Origin: an uncultured Actinomycetota bacterium
GTDB taxonomy: Bacteria > Actinomycetota > Actinomycetes > JAHEKZ01
Assembly: GCA_963829525.1 (NCBI GenBank)
Contig: CAWHIJ010000003.1
Location: 1,664,001 to 1,728,000, forward strand
DNA length: 64,000 nt
Direction: 5' to 3'
The notes beneath the pieces were generated by a model. The model made no database searches. It was not told the DNA's origin and was given only the letters and a program-made list of their open reading frames with translations. Both the position numbers and the translations under genes were made by a program. Below, in pieces: positions 13,095 through 31,614 of the stretch; the stretch's first letter is position 1; every line of letters starts with the position of its first letter.

Positions 13095-14150
13095 ATGACC
13101 CAGGTTGCCGCGGTGGTGGGCGCCTCCGGCTACGCCGGGGGAGAACTGCTGCGTCTGCTGACCGGGCACCCGACCATGAGCGCTGGCCCGGTGTTTGGGG
13201 CTTCGTCTGCCGGACGGCGCATCGGCGAGATCCACAGACACCTGCCAAGTCTGGCCAGCCGCACGATCGAGCCCATTGAGTCTGGCCTCTGGTCAGGTGC
13301 GCTCGCCGAGGCGGACGTGGTCTTCCTGGCGTTGCCGCACGGGCACTCGGGTGCCGTGGCTGCGCAGATCTCCGAAGAACGGGGCCCAGTAGTCATCGAC
13401 CTCGGGGCCGACCATCGACTCGCCGACGCGGGCGCGTGGACGACCTACTACGGATCGGACACGCCCTACGCGGGCGAGTGGACCTACGGGCTGCCCGAGC
13501 TTCCGGATGCCAGGGCCTTGATCGCCAAATCTCGCCAGGTAGCCAACCCTGGGTGCTACCCGACCGGGGTGGGGCTCGGGATGGCACCGCTGCTGGTCGA
13601 CGGACTCGCCGTTCCTGACGACGTCGTTGTCGTTGCGGCGTCGGGGACGTCGGGTGCCGGCCGCAGCGCGTCAACCAACATGTTGGGCTCGGAGGTGATG
13701 GGATCCCTGTCTGCCTACAAGGCTGGCGGAGCCCACCAGCACACACCTGAGATGGCCCAAACGCTGAGCCGCGCAGCTGGCACAGCGATTCCGGTTTCGT
13801 TCACCCCCATGCTCGCCCCGATGCCGCGGGGAATCCTGGCCACGACGACCGCTCCGTGCGCGCCGGGCGTTACGACCGACGACGTACGCCAGTGCCTGCT
13901 CGACAACTACCGGCATGAGTTGTTCATCCGCGTTCTGGACGACGACCTGTGGCCACGCACCGCCGACGTGCTCGGCAGCAACTCGGTGCATCTGCAGGTT
14001 GCCGTTGATACAGCCGCCCAGCGGGTTGTGGTGGTCAGCGCCATCGACAACCTCGTCAAAGGTGCCGCTGGTCAGGCGATCCAGAACGCCAACATCGTGC
14101 TCGGCCTCGACGAAGGGGCCGGGCTCGCCGCCGAGGGGGTGGCACCGTGA
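13095..14150 (+). CDS. argC: N-acetyl-gamma-glutamyl-phosphate reductase
   Basis: GASGYAGGE, ANPGCYPT, SGTSGAGR, DNLVKGAAGQA. Confidence 0.97.
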   Translation: MTQVAAVVGASGYAGGELLRLLTGHPTMSAGPVFGASSAGRRIGEIHRHLPSLASRTIEPIESGLWSGALAEADVVFLALPHGHSGAVAAQISEERGPVVIDLGADHRLADAGAWTTYYGSDTPYAGEWTYGLPELPDARALIAKSRQVANPGCYPTGVGLGMAPLLVDGLAVPDDVVVVAASGTSGAGRSASTNMLGSEVMGSLSAYKAGGAHQHTPEMAQTLSRAAGTAIPVSFTPMLAPMPRGILATTTAPCAPGVTTDDVRQCLLDNYRHELFIRVLDDDLWPRTADVLGSNSVHLQVAVDTAAQRVVVVSAIDNLVKGAAGQAIQNANIVLGLDEGAGLAAEGVAP

Positions 14151-15331
14151 CGGGGGACGCCACGTCTGGGGGAGTCACCACCTCGCGCGGGTTCCGCGCG
14201 TCCGGGGTAGCCGCCGGTCTGAAGACCAGTGGCGCCCCGGACGTCGCGCTCGTCGTCAACGACGGCCCTGAGCTGAGTGCTGCGGCAGTGTTGACCCGGA
14301 ACCGAGTCCGGGCTGCTCCGGTGACGTGGACCGAGCGAGTGGTGGCCGACGGTTCTCTCCGCGCCGTTGTACTCAACTCCGGTGGCGCGAATGCATGCAC
14401 TGGTCCGGGTGGCTCTGCCGACACAGCCGCGACGGCAGCGCTGGTCGCCAAGGGGCTCGGTTGTGAAAGTGACGAGATCGCCGTCTGCTCGACGGGGTTG
14501 ATCGGTGTGCGGCTTCCCATGGACCGTCTCACCGATGGCGTGCGGACGGCGATTGACCAGCTTGGCTCCGACGGTGGCCGCGACGCGGCAGCGGCGATCA
14601 TGACTACTGACACCTGCCCCAAGACGGCATCGGCAACGAGGTCGGGAGTCACTGTGGCCGGCATGGCCAAAGGCGCGGGCATGCTCGCACCAGGGCTGGC
14701 AACGATGCTCTCGGTCATCACCACTGATGCTGCGGTGGCTCCAGCCACCTTGGACGCTGCACTTCGCACTGCAACGTCACTCACCTTCGACAGGCTCGAC
14801 TCCGACGGATGTATGTCGACCAACGACTCCGTGGTTGCGATGGCCAGCGGGGCGTCAGGCGTGATGGTCGGACGTGACCTGGATGAACAACAGTTTGTCG
14901 CGCTGATGATCGACGTCTGCCGCGACCTCGCCCGCCAGCTTCTCGCAGACGCGGAAGGAGCCAGTAAACAGATCGAGATCACCGTGATGGGCGCCGCTTC
15001 AGAGACTGACGCCGTGGCTGTCGCTCGATCAGTTGCGCGCAGCAGCTTGTTCAAGTGCGCGATTCACGGCGAGGACCCGAACTGGGGTCGGGTGTTGGCT
15101 GCGGTAGGGACGACTGATGCGACGTTCGACCCTGAATCACTCGCGATTGTCATCAATGGCGTTCCTTTGGCGGCAGCCGGAGCAGCGGTGACCGAGAACC
15201 CGGTCGTCGACCTCGCCGGCACCAGGGTCAGTGTCGAGATCAACCTCGGAGCCGGTGAGGACCAGGGGTGGGTCTGGACCAACGACCTCACTGCGGCTTA
15301 CGTGTACGAGAACTCGGCGTACTCGTCATGA
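14147..15331 (+). CDS. argJ: glutamate N-acetyltransferase / ornithine acetyltransferase
   Basis: [40 protein letters not shown]. Confidence 0.97.
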   Translation: MTGDATSGGVTTSRGFRASGVAAGLKTSGAPDVALVVNDGPELSAAAVLTRNRVRAAPVTWTERVVADGSLRAVVLNSGGANACTGPGGSADTAATAALVAKGLGCESDEIAVCSTGLIGVRLPMDRLTDGVRTAIDQLGSDGGRDAAAAIMTTDTCPKTASATRSGVTVAGMAKGAGMLAPGLATMLSVITTDAAVAPATLDAALRTATSLTFDRLDSDGCMSTNDSVVAMASGASGVMVGRDLDEQQFVALMIDVCRDLARQLLADAEGASKQIEITVMGAASETDAVAVARSVARSSLFKCAIHGEDPNWGRVLAAVGTTDATFDPESLAIVINGVPLAAAGAAVTENPVVDLAGTRVSVEINLGAGEDQGWVWTNDLTAAYVYENSAYSS

Positions 15332-16287
15332 CCACCACCTTGACCCTGCAAGTCGTCACGCATGCAGCCGACTCCACTAACGCGGGAGCTGCGGCCAAGG
15401 CGGCGACCCTCGCGGAGGCGCTGCCCTGGCTCGAGGAGTTCGGTGGTGCGACCGTCGTGGTCAAGTACGGCGGCAACGCCATGGTGGACGAAGACCTGCA
15501 GGAGTCCTTCGCCTCCGACATCGTCTTCTTGAGGCGTGTGGGTCTGCGTCCCGTTGTCGTTCACGGCGGGGGTCCGCAGATTTCGCACATGCTCGATCGG
15601 CTCGGCGTGGAGTCGGAGTTCGTCGGCGGCCTGCGGGTGACCACACCGGAGGCGATGGATGTGGTTCGCATGGTTCTCACTGGACAGGTTCAGCGTCAGC
15701 TGGTCAGTCGCATCAACCAGCACGGTGCGCTAGCCGTTGGTCTCTCGGGGGAGGACGCCCACCTGTTTACGGCCCTGCGACGCACCACGCTTGACGATGG
15801 TTCGCAGGCTGATCTCGGGCAGGTTGGTGATCTCGTGTCCGTTGACGCAGCCTTCGTCCGAACCGTTCTGGCAGACGGGTTGGTACCCGTGGTCTCCAGC
15901 GTGGCACGCGGAGACGACGGCTCGACGTACAACATCAACGCCGACACCGCGGCGGCGGCTCTCGCTGTCGAGCTAAGTGCCCGCAAGCTGGTGATGCTGA
16001 CCGACGTGCCGGGTGTCTATGCCAACTGGCCGGATACCGCCGAGATCATCAGCGAGGTTTCCGCAGAACAGCTCAGAGCCCTGGTTCCGACCCTGAGCGA
16101 GGGGATGATCCCCAAGCTCACGGCATGTCTCGCCGCCGTCGATGGGGGGGTGCGACAGGCGCACGTCCTCGACGGACGGGTGCCCCACGCGCTTCTTCTT
16201 GAGGTCTTCACCGACGCGGGTGTCGGCACGCTGGTCGTGCCCGACGACGTCGCTGCGTCGACTGCCACGGGCGAGGAGGTCAGCTGA
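15328..16287 (+). CDS. argB: acetylglutamate kinase
   Basis: [30 protein letters not shown]; ATGA overlap with argJ. Confidence 0.97.
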   Translation: MTTTLTLQVVTHAADSTNAGAAAKAATLAEALPWLEEFGGATVVVKYGGNAMVDEDLQESFASDIVFLRRVGLRPVVVHGGGPQISHMLDRLGVESEFVGGLRVTTPEAMDVVRMVLTGQVQRQLVSRINQHGALAVGLSGEDAHLFTALRRTTLDDGSQADLGQVGDLVSVDAAFVRTVLADGLVPVVSSVARGDDGSTYNINADTAAAALAVELSARKLVMLTDVPGVYANWPDTAEIISEVSAEQLRALVPTLSEGMIPKLTACLAAVDGGVRQAHVLDGRVPHALLLEVFTDAGVGTLVVPDDVAASTATGEEVS

Positions 16288-16906
16288 TGGCCGTCGCAAA
16301 GACCAAGGCGGCACGCCAACAACGGATCATCGATCTCCTGGCGACCTACGAGGTCAGATCGCAAGCTGACCTGGCACGGCTGCTGGCCGGGGACGACGTT
16401 GACGTGACGCAGGCGACGTTGTCCCGTGATCTCGACGAGCTCGGGGCTGTTCGAGTGCGCACCTCCGACGGTCACCTGGTCTACGCCGTTGCTCCCGAGG
16501 GAGGCTCACGCGTGCTGGTCGCCGCTGGCGAGGATCACGCCGCCATGGAGCGCTTGACCCGACGGCTGGGCGAGCTGTTGGTCTCGGCCGACCACTCAGC
16601 GAATCTCGTTGTGTTGCGTACGCCGCCCGGTGGAGCGCACTTTCTGGCGTCGGCCATCGACCACAGCCTGCTGACCAGCGTGATCGGAACCATCGCCGGG
16701 GACGACACCGTCATGTTGGTCACCAAGAGCCCCGAAGGCGGCGCTGCCGTCGTTGCAGAGCTCCTCGCTGCTGCCGAGCACGCGCGCCCTGAGCCGCTCT
16801 GGGGTTCATCGACACCGGGTTCATCGACACCGGGTTCATCAACACCGAGTTCATCGACACCGGGTTCATCACCAGCGAGTTCATCACCACGCAAGAGGAG
16901 ATCGTC

Positions 16907-16910
<4 letters not shown>
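16287..16910 (+). CDS. argR: arginine repressor with repeat-derived C-terminal tail
   Basis: [25 protein letters not shown]. Confidence 0.96.
16802..16891. repeat. 15-bp coding tandem repeat, 6 copies (GGGTTCATCGACACC) encoding (GSSTP)n
   Basis: Read directly in the argR 3' end. Confidence 0.92.
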
Positions 16911-19577
<2,667 letters not shown>

Positions 19578-19595
19578 CCCGAGGGCGGAGTTCTT

Positions 19596-20216
19596 GTGAA
19601 GCTGAAGCGCTCCGATCTCGACGGGCCGGCGGAGGATGTCGCTCCGACCTTGCTCGGAGCATCACTGACGCACCGAATGGCGACAGGTGACGTCAGTGTC
19701 CGGATCACCGAGGTGGAGGCCTACGGCGGCCCAGGCACTGACCCGGCCTCGCATGCGCACCGTGGTCGAACGCCGCGGAACGAAGTGATGTTCGCGCGAC
19801 CAGGAACCCTCTATGTCTATTTCGTCTACGGCATGCACTGGTGCGCAAACATCGTCTGCGGGGCGGTAGGAGAAGCATCGGCGGTCCTGCTCCGAGCCGG
19901 CGAGGTGGTGCAGGGAGACCACATTGCGCGCGAGCGTCGTCCCACGTCACGACGCCACAGCGAGTTGGCCAGAGGACCGGGCAACCTGGCGATGAGCCTC
20001 GGCATCACCGGTTCAGCGAACGGTTGCGACCTCTTCGGGGAAGGATCTGTGCTCTGGCTTTCCGGGTCGACGGCCGGGCTGTTGGCCCCCTCTGACGTAG
20101 GCGCCGGGCCTCGGGTGGGCGTTCGCCAGGCCGGGGATCGACCTTGGCGATGGTGGATCAAGGATGAATCGACGGTCAGTCGCTATCGGCGCCATGCCGG
20201 TGATGCGCCAAGATGA
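19596..20216 (+). CDS. mpg: DNA-3-methyladenine glycosylase
   Basis: [37 protein letters not shown]. Confidence 0.94.
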   Translation: MKLKRSDLDGPAEDVAPTLLGASLTHRMATGDVSVRITEVEAYGGPGTDPASHAHRGRTPRNEVMFARPGTLYVYFVYGMHWCANIVCGAVGEASAVLLRAGEVVQGDHIARERRPTSRRHSELARGPGNLAMSLGITGSANGCDLFGEGSVLWLSGSTAGLLAPSDVGAGPRVGVRQAGDRPWRWWIKDESTVSRYRRHAGDAPR

Positions 20217-20220
20217 TCGG

Positions 20221-21492
20221 GTGCCCAACGACATCATCGACGACCTGGCCTGGCGCGAACTGATCGCGCAAAGCACCGACCAAGGTGCACTTGCCGAGCA
20301 CTTCCGCACTGGGTCCCGCACCCTTTACAGCGGATTTGACCCGACAGCGCCCAGCCTCCACGTTGGCCACCTGCTACAGGTCTTGACTCTGCGCCGGTTC
20401 CAGGAGGCTGGTCACCGTCCGCTTGCTCTGGTTGGGGGGGCAACCGGGTTGATCGGGGATCCGCGCACCAGCGGCGAGCGCCAGTTGCACGACCCGCAGC
20501 TAGTCGCCAGCTGGGTCGATCGCATTCGCAGCCAGCTCTCGCAGTTCCTCGAGTTCTCAGACCAGCACGATGCGCCGGCTGAGCTGGTGAACAACCTCGA
20601 GTGGACGCAGTCGATGTCAGCTATCGAGCTGTTGCGCGACATCGGCAAGCACTTCTCGGTGAACCGCATGCTGGACCGAGAGGCGGTCGCCGCACGTCTG
20701 GCGTCGACTGGGATCAGCTACACCGAGTTCAGCTACCAGCTGCTCCAGTCAAACGACTACCTCGAGCTCTTTCGACGCAACGACTGCACGCTGCAGATCG
20801 GTGGATCGGACCAGTGGGGGAACATCACCGCCGGTGTTGACCTGATCAGGCGGGTAACCGGCGAGCATGCCCACGCGCTGACCACACCGTTGCTGACGAA
20901 GTCAGATGGGCAGAAGTTTGGCAAGAGTGAAGGTGGGGCCGTCTGGCTCGACCCGGCGCTGACATCGCCATACGCCTTCTACCAGTTCTGGATCAACACC
21001 GAGGACGCTCTGGTGTCCTCCCTGCTGCGGCGGGTGACGTTCCGCGACCGTGAGGAGATCCTTGAGATTGAGGCCGAGACCGCCGAGCGTCCTCATCTGC
21101 GGACCGGGCAGCGTGTCCTTGCTGAAGACGTCACCACCTTGGTGCACGGCGTCGAGCACACGGCCAGCGTGCAGGCCGCGAGCGCAGCGCTCTTCGGCAA
21201 GGGCGAACTCGCCGCGATTGACGCAGGGACACTCGGGGCTGCCCTATCTGAGGCTCCTCATGTGAGCGTGCCTGCCGGGGAGCTGCCGCTGGTTGTCGAT
21301 CTTCTGGTGGCTACCGAGCTTTCCGCGAGCAAGTCTGCGGCACGCCGGGCGATCGACGAGGGAGGCGCCTACGTCAACAACGCGCGGCTGACCGATCCCG
21401 AATGGCGTCCGGGCGCTGAAGATCTGGTGCACGGGCGCTGGCTCGTCCTCAGGCGCGGAAAGCGCGCCATCGCCGGAGTCGAGGTGGTCTAG
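20221..21492 (+). CDS. tyrS: tyrosine--tRNA ligase
   Basis: [30 protein letters not shown]-terminal S4 domain; start approximate. Confidence 0.97.
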   Translation: MPNDIIDDLAWRELIAQSTDQGALAEHFRTGSRTLYSGFDPTAPSLHVGHLLQVLTLRRFQEAGHRPLALVGGATGLIGDPRTSGERQLHDPQLVASWVDRIRSQLSQFLEFSDQHDAPAELVNNLEWTQSMSAIELLRDIGKHFSVNRMLDREAVAARLASTGISYTEFSYQLLQSNDYLELFRRNDCTLQIGGSDQWGNITAGVDLIRRVTGEHAHALTTPLLTKSDGQKFGKSEGGAVWLDPALTSPYAFYQFWINTEDALVSSLLRRVTFRDREEILEIEAETAERPHLRTGQRVLAEDVTTLVHGVEHTASVQAASAALFGKGELAAIDAGTLGAALSEAPHVSVPAGELPLVVDLLVATELSASKSAARRAIDEGGAYVNNARLTDPEWRPGAEDLVHGRWLVLRRGKRAIAGVEVV

Positions 21493-21525
21493 CTGCGTCT
21501 GGCCGCCTCGCTCGGATGCGTCGAT

Positions 21526-21821
21526 TTGACCGAGGAAGAGCGTGCGTCATAGTGTCTGCGACGCGCTCCACGAGGAACGGACATCACGGCCGGTCGTGGA
21601 GGGCGCTTTGACTCCGAACAGCGGCCTTGGCCGTGATGCGGAGTCGGTCACAACGACCATCTCGATGGTCTGCAGGAATGGTCCGGCCCCACGTGGGGAG
21701 TTCAGCACTCACCGTGCTAACGTTCGGACCCTGGCAGCAGCAGCCGTACCGGTAACGGCAACGGCGTCCGGCCAGAGACGAGATTCACCGATTTGGACCA
21801 TCCAGTCAGGCGTGATAACCT
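21526..21821 (+). promoter_or_regulatory. tandem rrn promoters
   Basis: TTGACC(21526)/CATAGT(21548), TAACGT(21718), TTGGAC(21793)/TAACCT(21816) upstream of 16S. Confidence 0.5.
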
Positions 21822-22042
21822 GACTCAGTTGCCCTGAAAACGGCCGGAAACGGTCCCCTTCAGTGCGCGCTCGAACCTTGAGAACTCAACAGTGTGTCAA
21901 ACAGCAATGCCAAGCATTTGGCGCTCGTGACGTCAGACCCCGTCTGCCGGACACGAGCAAAACGAGAACCAACTCTCCCTTCGGGGTGAGTTGTGGGATC
22001 ACTGTTGACCGTCTTCGACGGGCAGCAGAAACTCAAAGTTTT

Positions 22043-23568
<1,526 letters not shown>

Positions 23569-23998
23569 AGCACCTGGCTCCACAGCTTCGGCCGTGGGGT
23601 CCAGAGCCTTTTGAGTGGGCATCAGTCCCACCGAGGTTGCTCATGGGTGGAACATTGCTGAGTGGGTGTCAGATCCCTTTTCGTCAGTACTGCGCCGGCT
23701 TGCCGGTGTGTGGAAACTCGAATGGGGCCGAGATGCCCGACACACTGTTGGGTCCTGAGGGTTCGGGCCACTACCGAGCACCTGCTCCGCCTTCTGGCGT
23801 GGTCGGGTGCTCGAAGTGTCTCTCCTTCTGGTCAAGCCGTGCTCACTGTGTGAGCTCGGCGAGACGGGGCCGCATGCGCTTCGCACTGTCGTGATCTCAC
23901 GACACACGAAGAATGACGCAGGCGGGCTGCCCGTACCTTGAGAACTGCACAGTGGACGCGAGCATCCAATAAATCTTTGTGGTCAATATGATCAATTT

Positions 23999-27120
<3,122 letters not shown>

Positions 27121-27214
27121 ATACAAAGATTTGCGTGTGTAAGCGTCCACTGTGCGGTTCTTGAGTTGCGGTCGGTTGTTCCGATTCACTCGGAGCCCCG
27201 AACAACTCCATAGA

Positions 27215-27333
27215 GTTTCGGTGGCCATAGCGAAGGGGAAACGCCCGGTCCCATTCCGAACCCGGAAGCTAAGCCCTTCAGCGCCAATGGTACTGCGTGG
27301 GAGACTGCGTGGGAGAGTAGGACGCCGCCGGAC
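27215..27333 (+). rRNA. rrf: 5S rRNA
   Basis: GTTTCGGTGGCCATAGCG...CCCATTCCGAACCCGGAAGCTAAG...GAGAGTAGGACGCCGCCGGAC. Confidence 0.98.
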
Positions 27334-27340
27334 ATTCTTT

Positions 27341-27374
27341 CGACGAGGGGTCACCAACAGGTGGCCCCTCGTCG
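27341..27374 (+). terminator. hairpin after 5S rRNA
   Basis: CGACGAGGGGTCACC-AACA-GGTGGCCCCTCGTCG. Confidence 0.8.
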
Positions 27375-27419
27375 CATGTCCAGATGTTGTTGCGCATTTG
27401 ATCGTCATCAGGGAGCACT

Positions 27420-28229
27420 ATGTCCGACTCCTCGGAGTCTTCGCGGTCTCGTGATCGCAGGCCCCCGCGACGCCCGTCCTCGTCCAATCCCCCCTCTCGA
27501 GGCGACGATCGGCGTCCGGCGGCGAAGCGACCGCCCTCGGACCGACCGGCCTCCGGCAGACCTGCTGAGCCCGAGATTCCTGACGACGTCACGTGGCACG
27601 ATCTCGACCGCGATGCGCGCGCTGAGCTGCGTTCGCTGCCCAAAGAGTTGGCCGAGCGCGTCGGTGGTCACCTGGCGATGGCGGGGATCTTGATCGACAC
27701 CGATCCGGTGGCAGCCCGCAGCCATGCTGCCGTGGCGCGTCGGCTTGCGTCTCGAGTGGCCGGGGTGCGCGAAGCCAGTGCCCTCACCGCCTATGCCTGC
27801 GGTGACTTCGAGACGGCGCTGACCGAGCTGAGGGCCTATCGGCGCATGAGCGGTGATCAATCGCATCTGCCGCTGATGGCTGACTGTGAACGAGGCATGG
27901 GTCGCCCCGAACGTGCCCTGGAGCTGGGCGCAAGTCCAGAGGGGAAGCGGCTATCCCCAGAAGTGGCCAGGGAGCTACGCATCGTCGTGGCCGGCGCCAG
28001 GTCTGATCTCGGGCAGCATGATGCGGCGCTGCAGCACTTGGAGGCCGATCCGGGACTCCGAGCCGGCGTCGGGGACGTCTCGGTTCTCCGCCTCCGATAT
28101 GCCTATGCAGACGCCCTTGAGCGCGCCGGGCGCGTCAGCGATGCGGCGCAATGGTTCTCGATGATCGCTCGCGCAGACATCGGCGAAGTCACCGATGCGG
28201 CCGAGCGGGTCTCAGGGGAATCCTGCTAG
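27420..28229 (+). CDS. conserved TPR-like protein following rrn
   Basis: P.IPDDVT..DLD...RAELRSL, VREA..LTAY..GDF..AL.ELRAYRRMSG, LMADCERGMGRPERAL, RLRYAYADAL. Confidence 0.85.
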   Translation: MSDSSESSRSRDRRPPRRPSSSNPPSRGDDRRPAAKRPPSDRPASGRPAEPEIPDDVTWHDLDRDARAELRSLPKELAERVGGHLAMAGILIDTDPVAARSHAAVARRLASRVAGVREASALTAYACGDFETALTELRAYRRMSGDQSHLPLMADCERGMGRPERALELGASPEGKRLSPEVARELRIVVAGARSDLGQHDAALQHLEADPGLRAGVGDVSVLRLRYAYADALERAGRVSDAAQWFSMIARADIGEVTDAAERVSGESC

Positions 28230-28255
28230 CAGTTCGCCTCTGGCGCGAGAAACCC

Positions 28256-29332
28256 CTACAGGGGATCGGCGGCAGACTTCTCTTTTCCCCACTCCGGCTT
28301 CGGATCGTCGGTGATCGAATCGCCCTGGTAGCGCGGCGGAGTTCCGCTGGCCGAGGCCCACACCAACCGCCAGAACGGGACGTTTGGGTCGTGCTGCGGC
28401 TTGTGCTGGAAGCCGTTGGTGCTGCGAACCACCGTCCAAATGACTGGACCGATGAGTACGAGCGCAAGGGCTCCCAGACCGACCCACATCGGTGGGACGC
28501 CGACCAGCTTGAGCCCGCTGGCAAAGAGCACGAGAACGAGTGCGCGCCTGATGATCCCGGCCTGCCCCCGCGAGGAGACCCTGGCGCCGAGGTAGACCCC
28601 GGGCAGCGCTCCCAGCAGCAGGGCAACTGCGACCTCGGGGTGGAACTCACCGAGGACCACATAGGTCAGCGCTGCAGCTCCGACCAGCGGGACGGCCTGC
28701 ACGAGGTCGGTGCCGACCAGGCCACCGGCCCGCAGACGCGGGTACAGGAGCAGGAGGCCGACAATGATGAGCGAACCCGATCCGACCGAGGTCATGCCGA
28801 CCACGACACCACCAACGATGCCGATCATGAGGGTGGGGATGGGTTTGACGGTGATGCCGAAGACCGAGTCATCACTTTGCCCCAGGACTCCCTCCGACTG
28901 GTCTCGGTAGTACTGGCGCAGGGAGAAGACCGCCTTGCCGACCATCGTGAGCACAGACAGCAGCAGGGCGGTTCCGAGCGCTGTCTTGATCAGCGTCGCG
29001 ACCGCCTCGCTGTCACCGATGGAGGTGACGATGACGACCCCCAAGATGGCGGCGGGAACCGATCCGATCACCAGCCACTTCACCAGCTGCAGGTTGACCG
29101 TTCCTCGTCGCAGGTGCACGCCAGCCCCCACGGGCTTCATGCACAGCGAGACGATGAGGTCGCTGCTCACGGCAGTCACCGGGTCGATGCCGAAGAAGAG
29201 AATCAGGATGGGCGTCATGAGGGCCCCGCCGCCCATTCCGGTGAGCCCGACCACGAACCCGACGAGGACTCCGGCGATCACCAGTCCAACGTCGAGGGAG
29301 AACCAGCCGAAGAAGTCGACGGTCGTATCCAT
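28256..29332 (-). CDS. TauE/SafE family sulfite exporter / anion permease
   Basis: VGLTGMGGGALMTP, AVSSDL, GMTSVGSGSL, LVGTDLVQAVPL. Confidence 0.9.
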   Translation of the reverse strand: MDTTVDFFGWFSLDVGLVIAGVLVGFVVGLTGMGGGALMTPILILFFGIDPVTAVSSDLIVSLCMKPVGAGVHLRRGTVNLQLVKWLVIGSVPAAILGVVIVTSIGDSEAVATLIKTALGTALLLSVLTMVGKAVFSLRQYYRDQSEGVLGQSDDSVFGITVKPIPTLMIGIVGGVVVGMTSVGSGSLIIVGLLLLYPRLRAGGLVGTDLVQAVPLVGAAALTYVVLGEFHPEVAVALLLGALPGVYLGARVSSRGQAGIIRRALVLVLFASGLKLVGVPPMWVGLGALALVLIGPVIWTVVRSTNGFQHKPQHDPNVPFWRLVWASASGTPPRYQGDSITDDPKPEWGKEKSAADPL

Positions 29333-29632
29333 AACGAGTGTCTTCTTTCGTGAAAATGCCAAGCCGAGGCGGGATGAGACCTTTCCGACAAAGTAAGTAG
29401 GAAAAGCCTACCGCAGGAAGGGAGTGCCGTTGGGAGTTTTCCGCGTCTGTCACCCGGCTCCATTCCTTGGGTCGCTGCCCGGCCCTGCAGTCCGTGCGGC
29501 CAACCCACAGCAAGAGGACTGGTCGTTTATCCACATGGTGTACCGGCAGGGCGGCCGATGGTCTAGACGATGGGGCAGGGTTCCTTCGCCGGGGTCACCG
29601 GTGCACGGGACGGACCAGTGGGAGGGCAAACC

Positions 29633-30022
29633 GTGACATCAGCAGGCAAGCAGGGGCAAGGACAGGCGACTAACCTCGCCGCCGATCCGGTGAACGAGGT
29701 CCGGCTGTGTGGGCGGCTCGCCGCCGCACCCGAGGAGAGAGTTCTGCCGAGCGGGGATGCCCTCGTCACCTTTCGGCTCGTCGTCTCACGGCCAGCGAGC
29801 CGCCGGAGGGGACCGGCTGGCGGACGGGTTCCCTCGGTTGACACGATCGACTGCTCAGCCTGGGGTGCTGCTCTTCGGCGCCGCGTGGGGAACTGGGCAG
29901 CCGGCGACATCGTCACGGTGGAGGGCGCTCTTCGGCGACGGTTCTGGCATTCAGCAGCGGGGGCCCGCAGCCGCTATGACGTTGAGGTGGTGAAGGCGAG
30001 TCGCCGGCGCCGTGCTGCTTGA
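29633..30022 (+). CDS. short single-stranded DNA-binding protein paralog
   Basis: NEVRLCGRL, LPSGD.LVTFRLVV.R, DTIDCSAW, VEGALRRRFW; no acidic tail; GTG 29633 follows GGAGG. Confidence 0.85.
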   Translation: MTSAGKQGQGQATNLAADPVNEVRLCGRLAAAPEERVLPSGDALVTFRLVVSRPASRRRGPAGGRVPSVDTIDCSAWGAALRRRVGNWAAGDIVTVEGALRRRFWHSAAGARSRYDVEVVKASRRRRAA

Positions 30023-30093
30023 GCGCGGGCAACCTACGATGAGCAGGTGACGGTCGAGGAGGGGCGCGGCGCCGACCTTCCGAGGCGGCCGGC

Positions 30094-30483
30094 GGGGATA
30101 TCTATGACTGGTACCGGCGCGGCGTCACACTCCTGGAGCAAGGACACCCGGCAGCCGCTGTTGAGCTCTTGACCAGGGTGGTGGTGTTCGAGCCGGAGGC
30201 CCGGCATGTCCGGGAGACCCTGGGCCGGGCCTACCTGGCGGTGGCTCGGTATCACGATGCCGAGCTCGAGTTCGCGCATCTTGTCGCTTCGCAGCCCGAT
30301 GACGACTACGCACATGTCGGTCTCGGGCTGGCGTGTGCCCGGCAAGGTCGATTTCGAGAGGCGTCCGAGCATCTGGCGCTTGCGGTGGCCATGCGCCCGG
30401 ACCGCGCGGACTACGTGCGCCCCCTCGAACAGGTGCGGGCGACCATCCGCGCGCAGACCGAGCGGCGCCAGCCACTAGCGTGA
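30094..30483 (+). CDS. tetratricopeptide repeat protein; start codon unresolved, possible frameshift
   Basis: GDIYDWYRRGVTLLEQGHPAAAVELL...RETLGRAY...PDDDYAHVGLG...EHLALAVAMRP; no in-frame ATG/GTG/TTG between the stop at 30040 and 30169. Confidence 0.7.
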   Translation, partial: GDIYDWYRRGVTLLEQGHPAAAVELLTRVVVFEPEARHVRETLGRAYLAVARYHDAELEFAHLVASQPDDDYAHVGLGLACARQGRFREASEHLALAVAMRPDRADYVRPLEQVRATIRAQTERRQPLA

Positions 30484-30521
30484 CCGTTGCCCCGCACCGT
30501 CCACCTAGAGGAGTTGGCGTC

Positions 30522-30794
30522 ATGACCTCAGAGCCCGTCGATCAGGCCGCCCGCCCGCACGAGCCCGACCAGAGTGCCGAAGAAGTTGCGCAATCTGAGC
30601 TTGATCTCGGGGTGGTGTCGACGGGGTCGGTGGCGGTGGACCGAGCGCTCAGCCCGCTGGACGGGCTCGCTGAGCGCCCCGTGGCAGACCATGCCGAGAT
30701 CTTCGACCAGGTGCTCGGAGAACTTGCCGAAACGATGACCGGCCCTGAGGGAGCACCGGGTGGATCACCCATCGAGCCACCCGCAACGGACTGA
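30522..30794 (+). CDS. small acidic hypothetical protein upstream of tlyA
   Basis: SD GAGGAG; TG..AVDRAL..LDGLAERPVADHAEIFD pattern. Confidence 0.7.
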   Translation: MTSEPVDQAARPHEPDQSAEEVAQSELDLGVVSTGSVAVDRALSPLDGLAERPVADHAEIFDQVLGELAETMTGPEGAPGGSPIEPPATD

Positions 30795-30810
30795 GGACGG
30801 CCCACACCTG

Positions 30811-31614
30811 ATGGTGCGCCGACGTCTTGACAGCGAGTTGGTGCGTCGGGGTCTCGCGCGCTCTCGGCAGCACGCCGCTGACCTTGTGGCCAACGGCCAG
30901 GTACGGGTCGGTGGCGCGGTTGCCCACAAGGTGGCCACGCAAGTGGATGCTGCTGCGGCACTGGTCGTCGCCCAACCAGCGGGTGAGGAGTCTTACGCCT
31001 CACGGGGAGCGACCAAACTCCTAGGGGCGCTACGCGTCTTCGTTCCCGATGGTTTGGTGGTCGCCGGTCGACGATGCCTCGACGCTGGTGCAAGCACCGG
31101 AGGATTCACTGACGTGCTCTTGCGGAACGGCGCCGCATCGGTGGTTGCGGTCGACGTCGGGTACGGCCAGTTGGATTGGCGGCTCCAGCAAGATCCGCGA
31201 GTTGTCGTACGTGATCGCACCAATGTCCGAGATCTCACCCCGGAGATGACCGGCGGACTGGTGGACCTGCTGGTTGCCGATCTGTCGTTCATCTCACTCC
31301 GGCTGGTGCTGGCAGCGTTCGGGCGGGTAACGACGCCCAGCGCCGACCTAGTGATGATGGTCAAGCCCCAGTTCGAGGTGGGGAGGGCGGCCCTGCCGTC
31401 GGGGGGCGTGGTTCGCGATCCGCTCCTTCGTCGCGATGCTGTCCTGCGCATTGGACGCGAGGCTGAGAACGCTGGCTGGGGGGCAAGGGGGGTAACCGCG
31501 AGCCCGTTGCCGGGGCCGGCGGGCAACGTCGAGTACTTTTTGTGGCTGAGCCGGGGTGCGAAGCCACTTGACCCGACGGCGGTGGACCGAGCAATCGAGG
31601 AGGGCCCGACGTGA
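30811..31614 (+). CDS. tlyA: TlyA family rRNA 2'-O-methyltransferase
   Basis: RRRLDSELVRRGLARSR, LDAGASTGGFT, DLSFISL, VKPQFEVG, GNVEYF. Confidence 0.96.
   Translation: MVRRRLDSELVRRGLARSRQHAADLVANGQVRVGGAVAHKVATQVDAAAALVVAQPAGEESYASRGATKLLGALRVFVPDGLVVAGRRCLDAGASTGGFTDVLLRNGAASVVAVDVGYGQLDWRLQQDPRVVVRDRTNVRDLTPEMTGGLVDLLVADLSFISLRLVLAAFGRVTTPSADLVMMVKPQFEVGRAALPSGGVVRDPLLRRDAVLRIGREAENAGWGARGVTASPLPGPAGNVEYFLWLSRGAKPLDPTAVDRAIEEGPT

Noticed and set aside
29420-29530. SAM riboswitch upstream of tauE
   Set aside because: No SAM-I/IV core sequences recognisable on the minus strand
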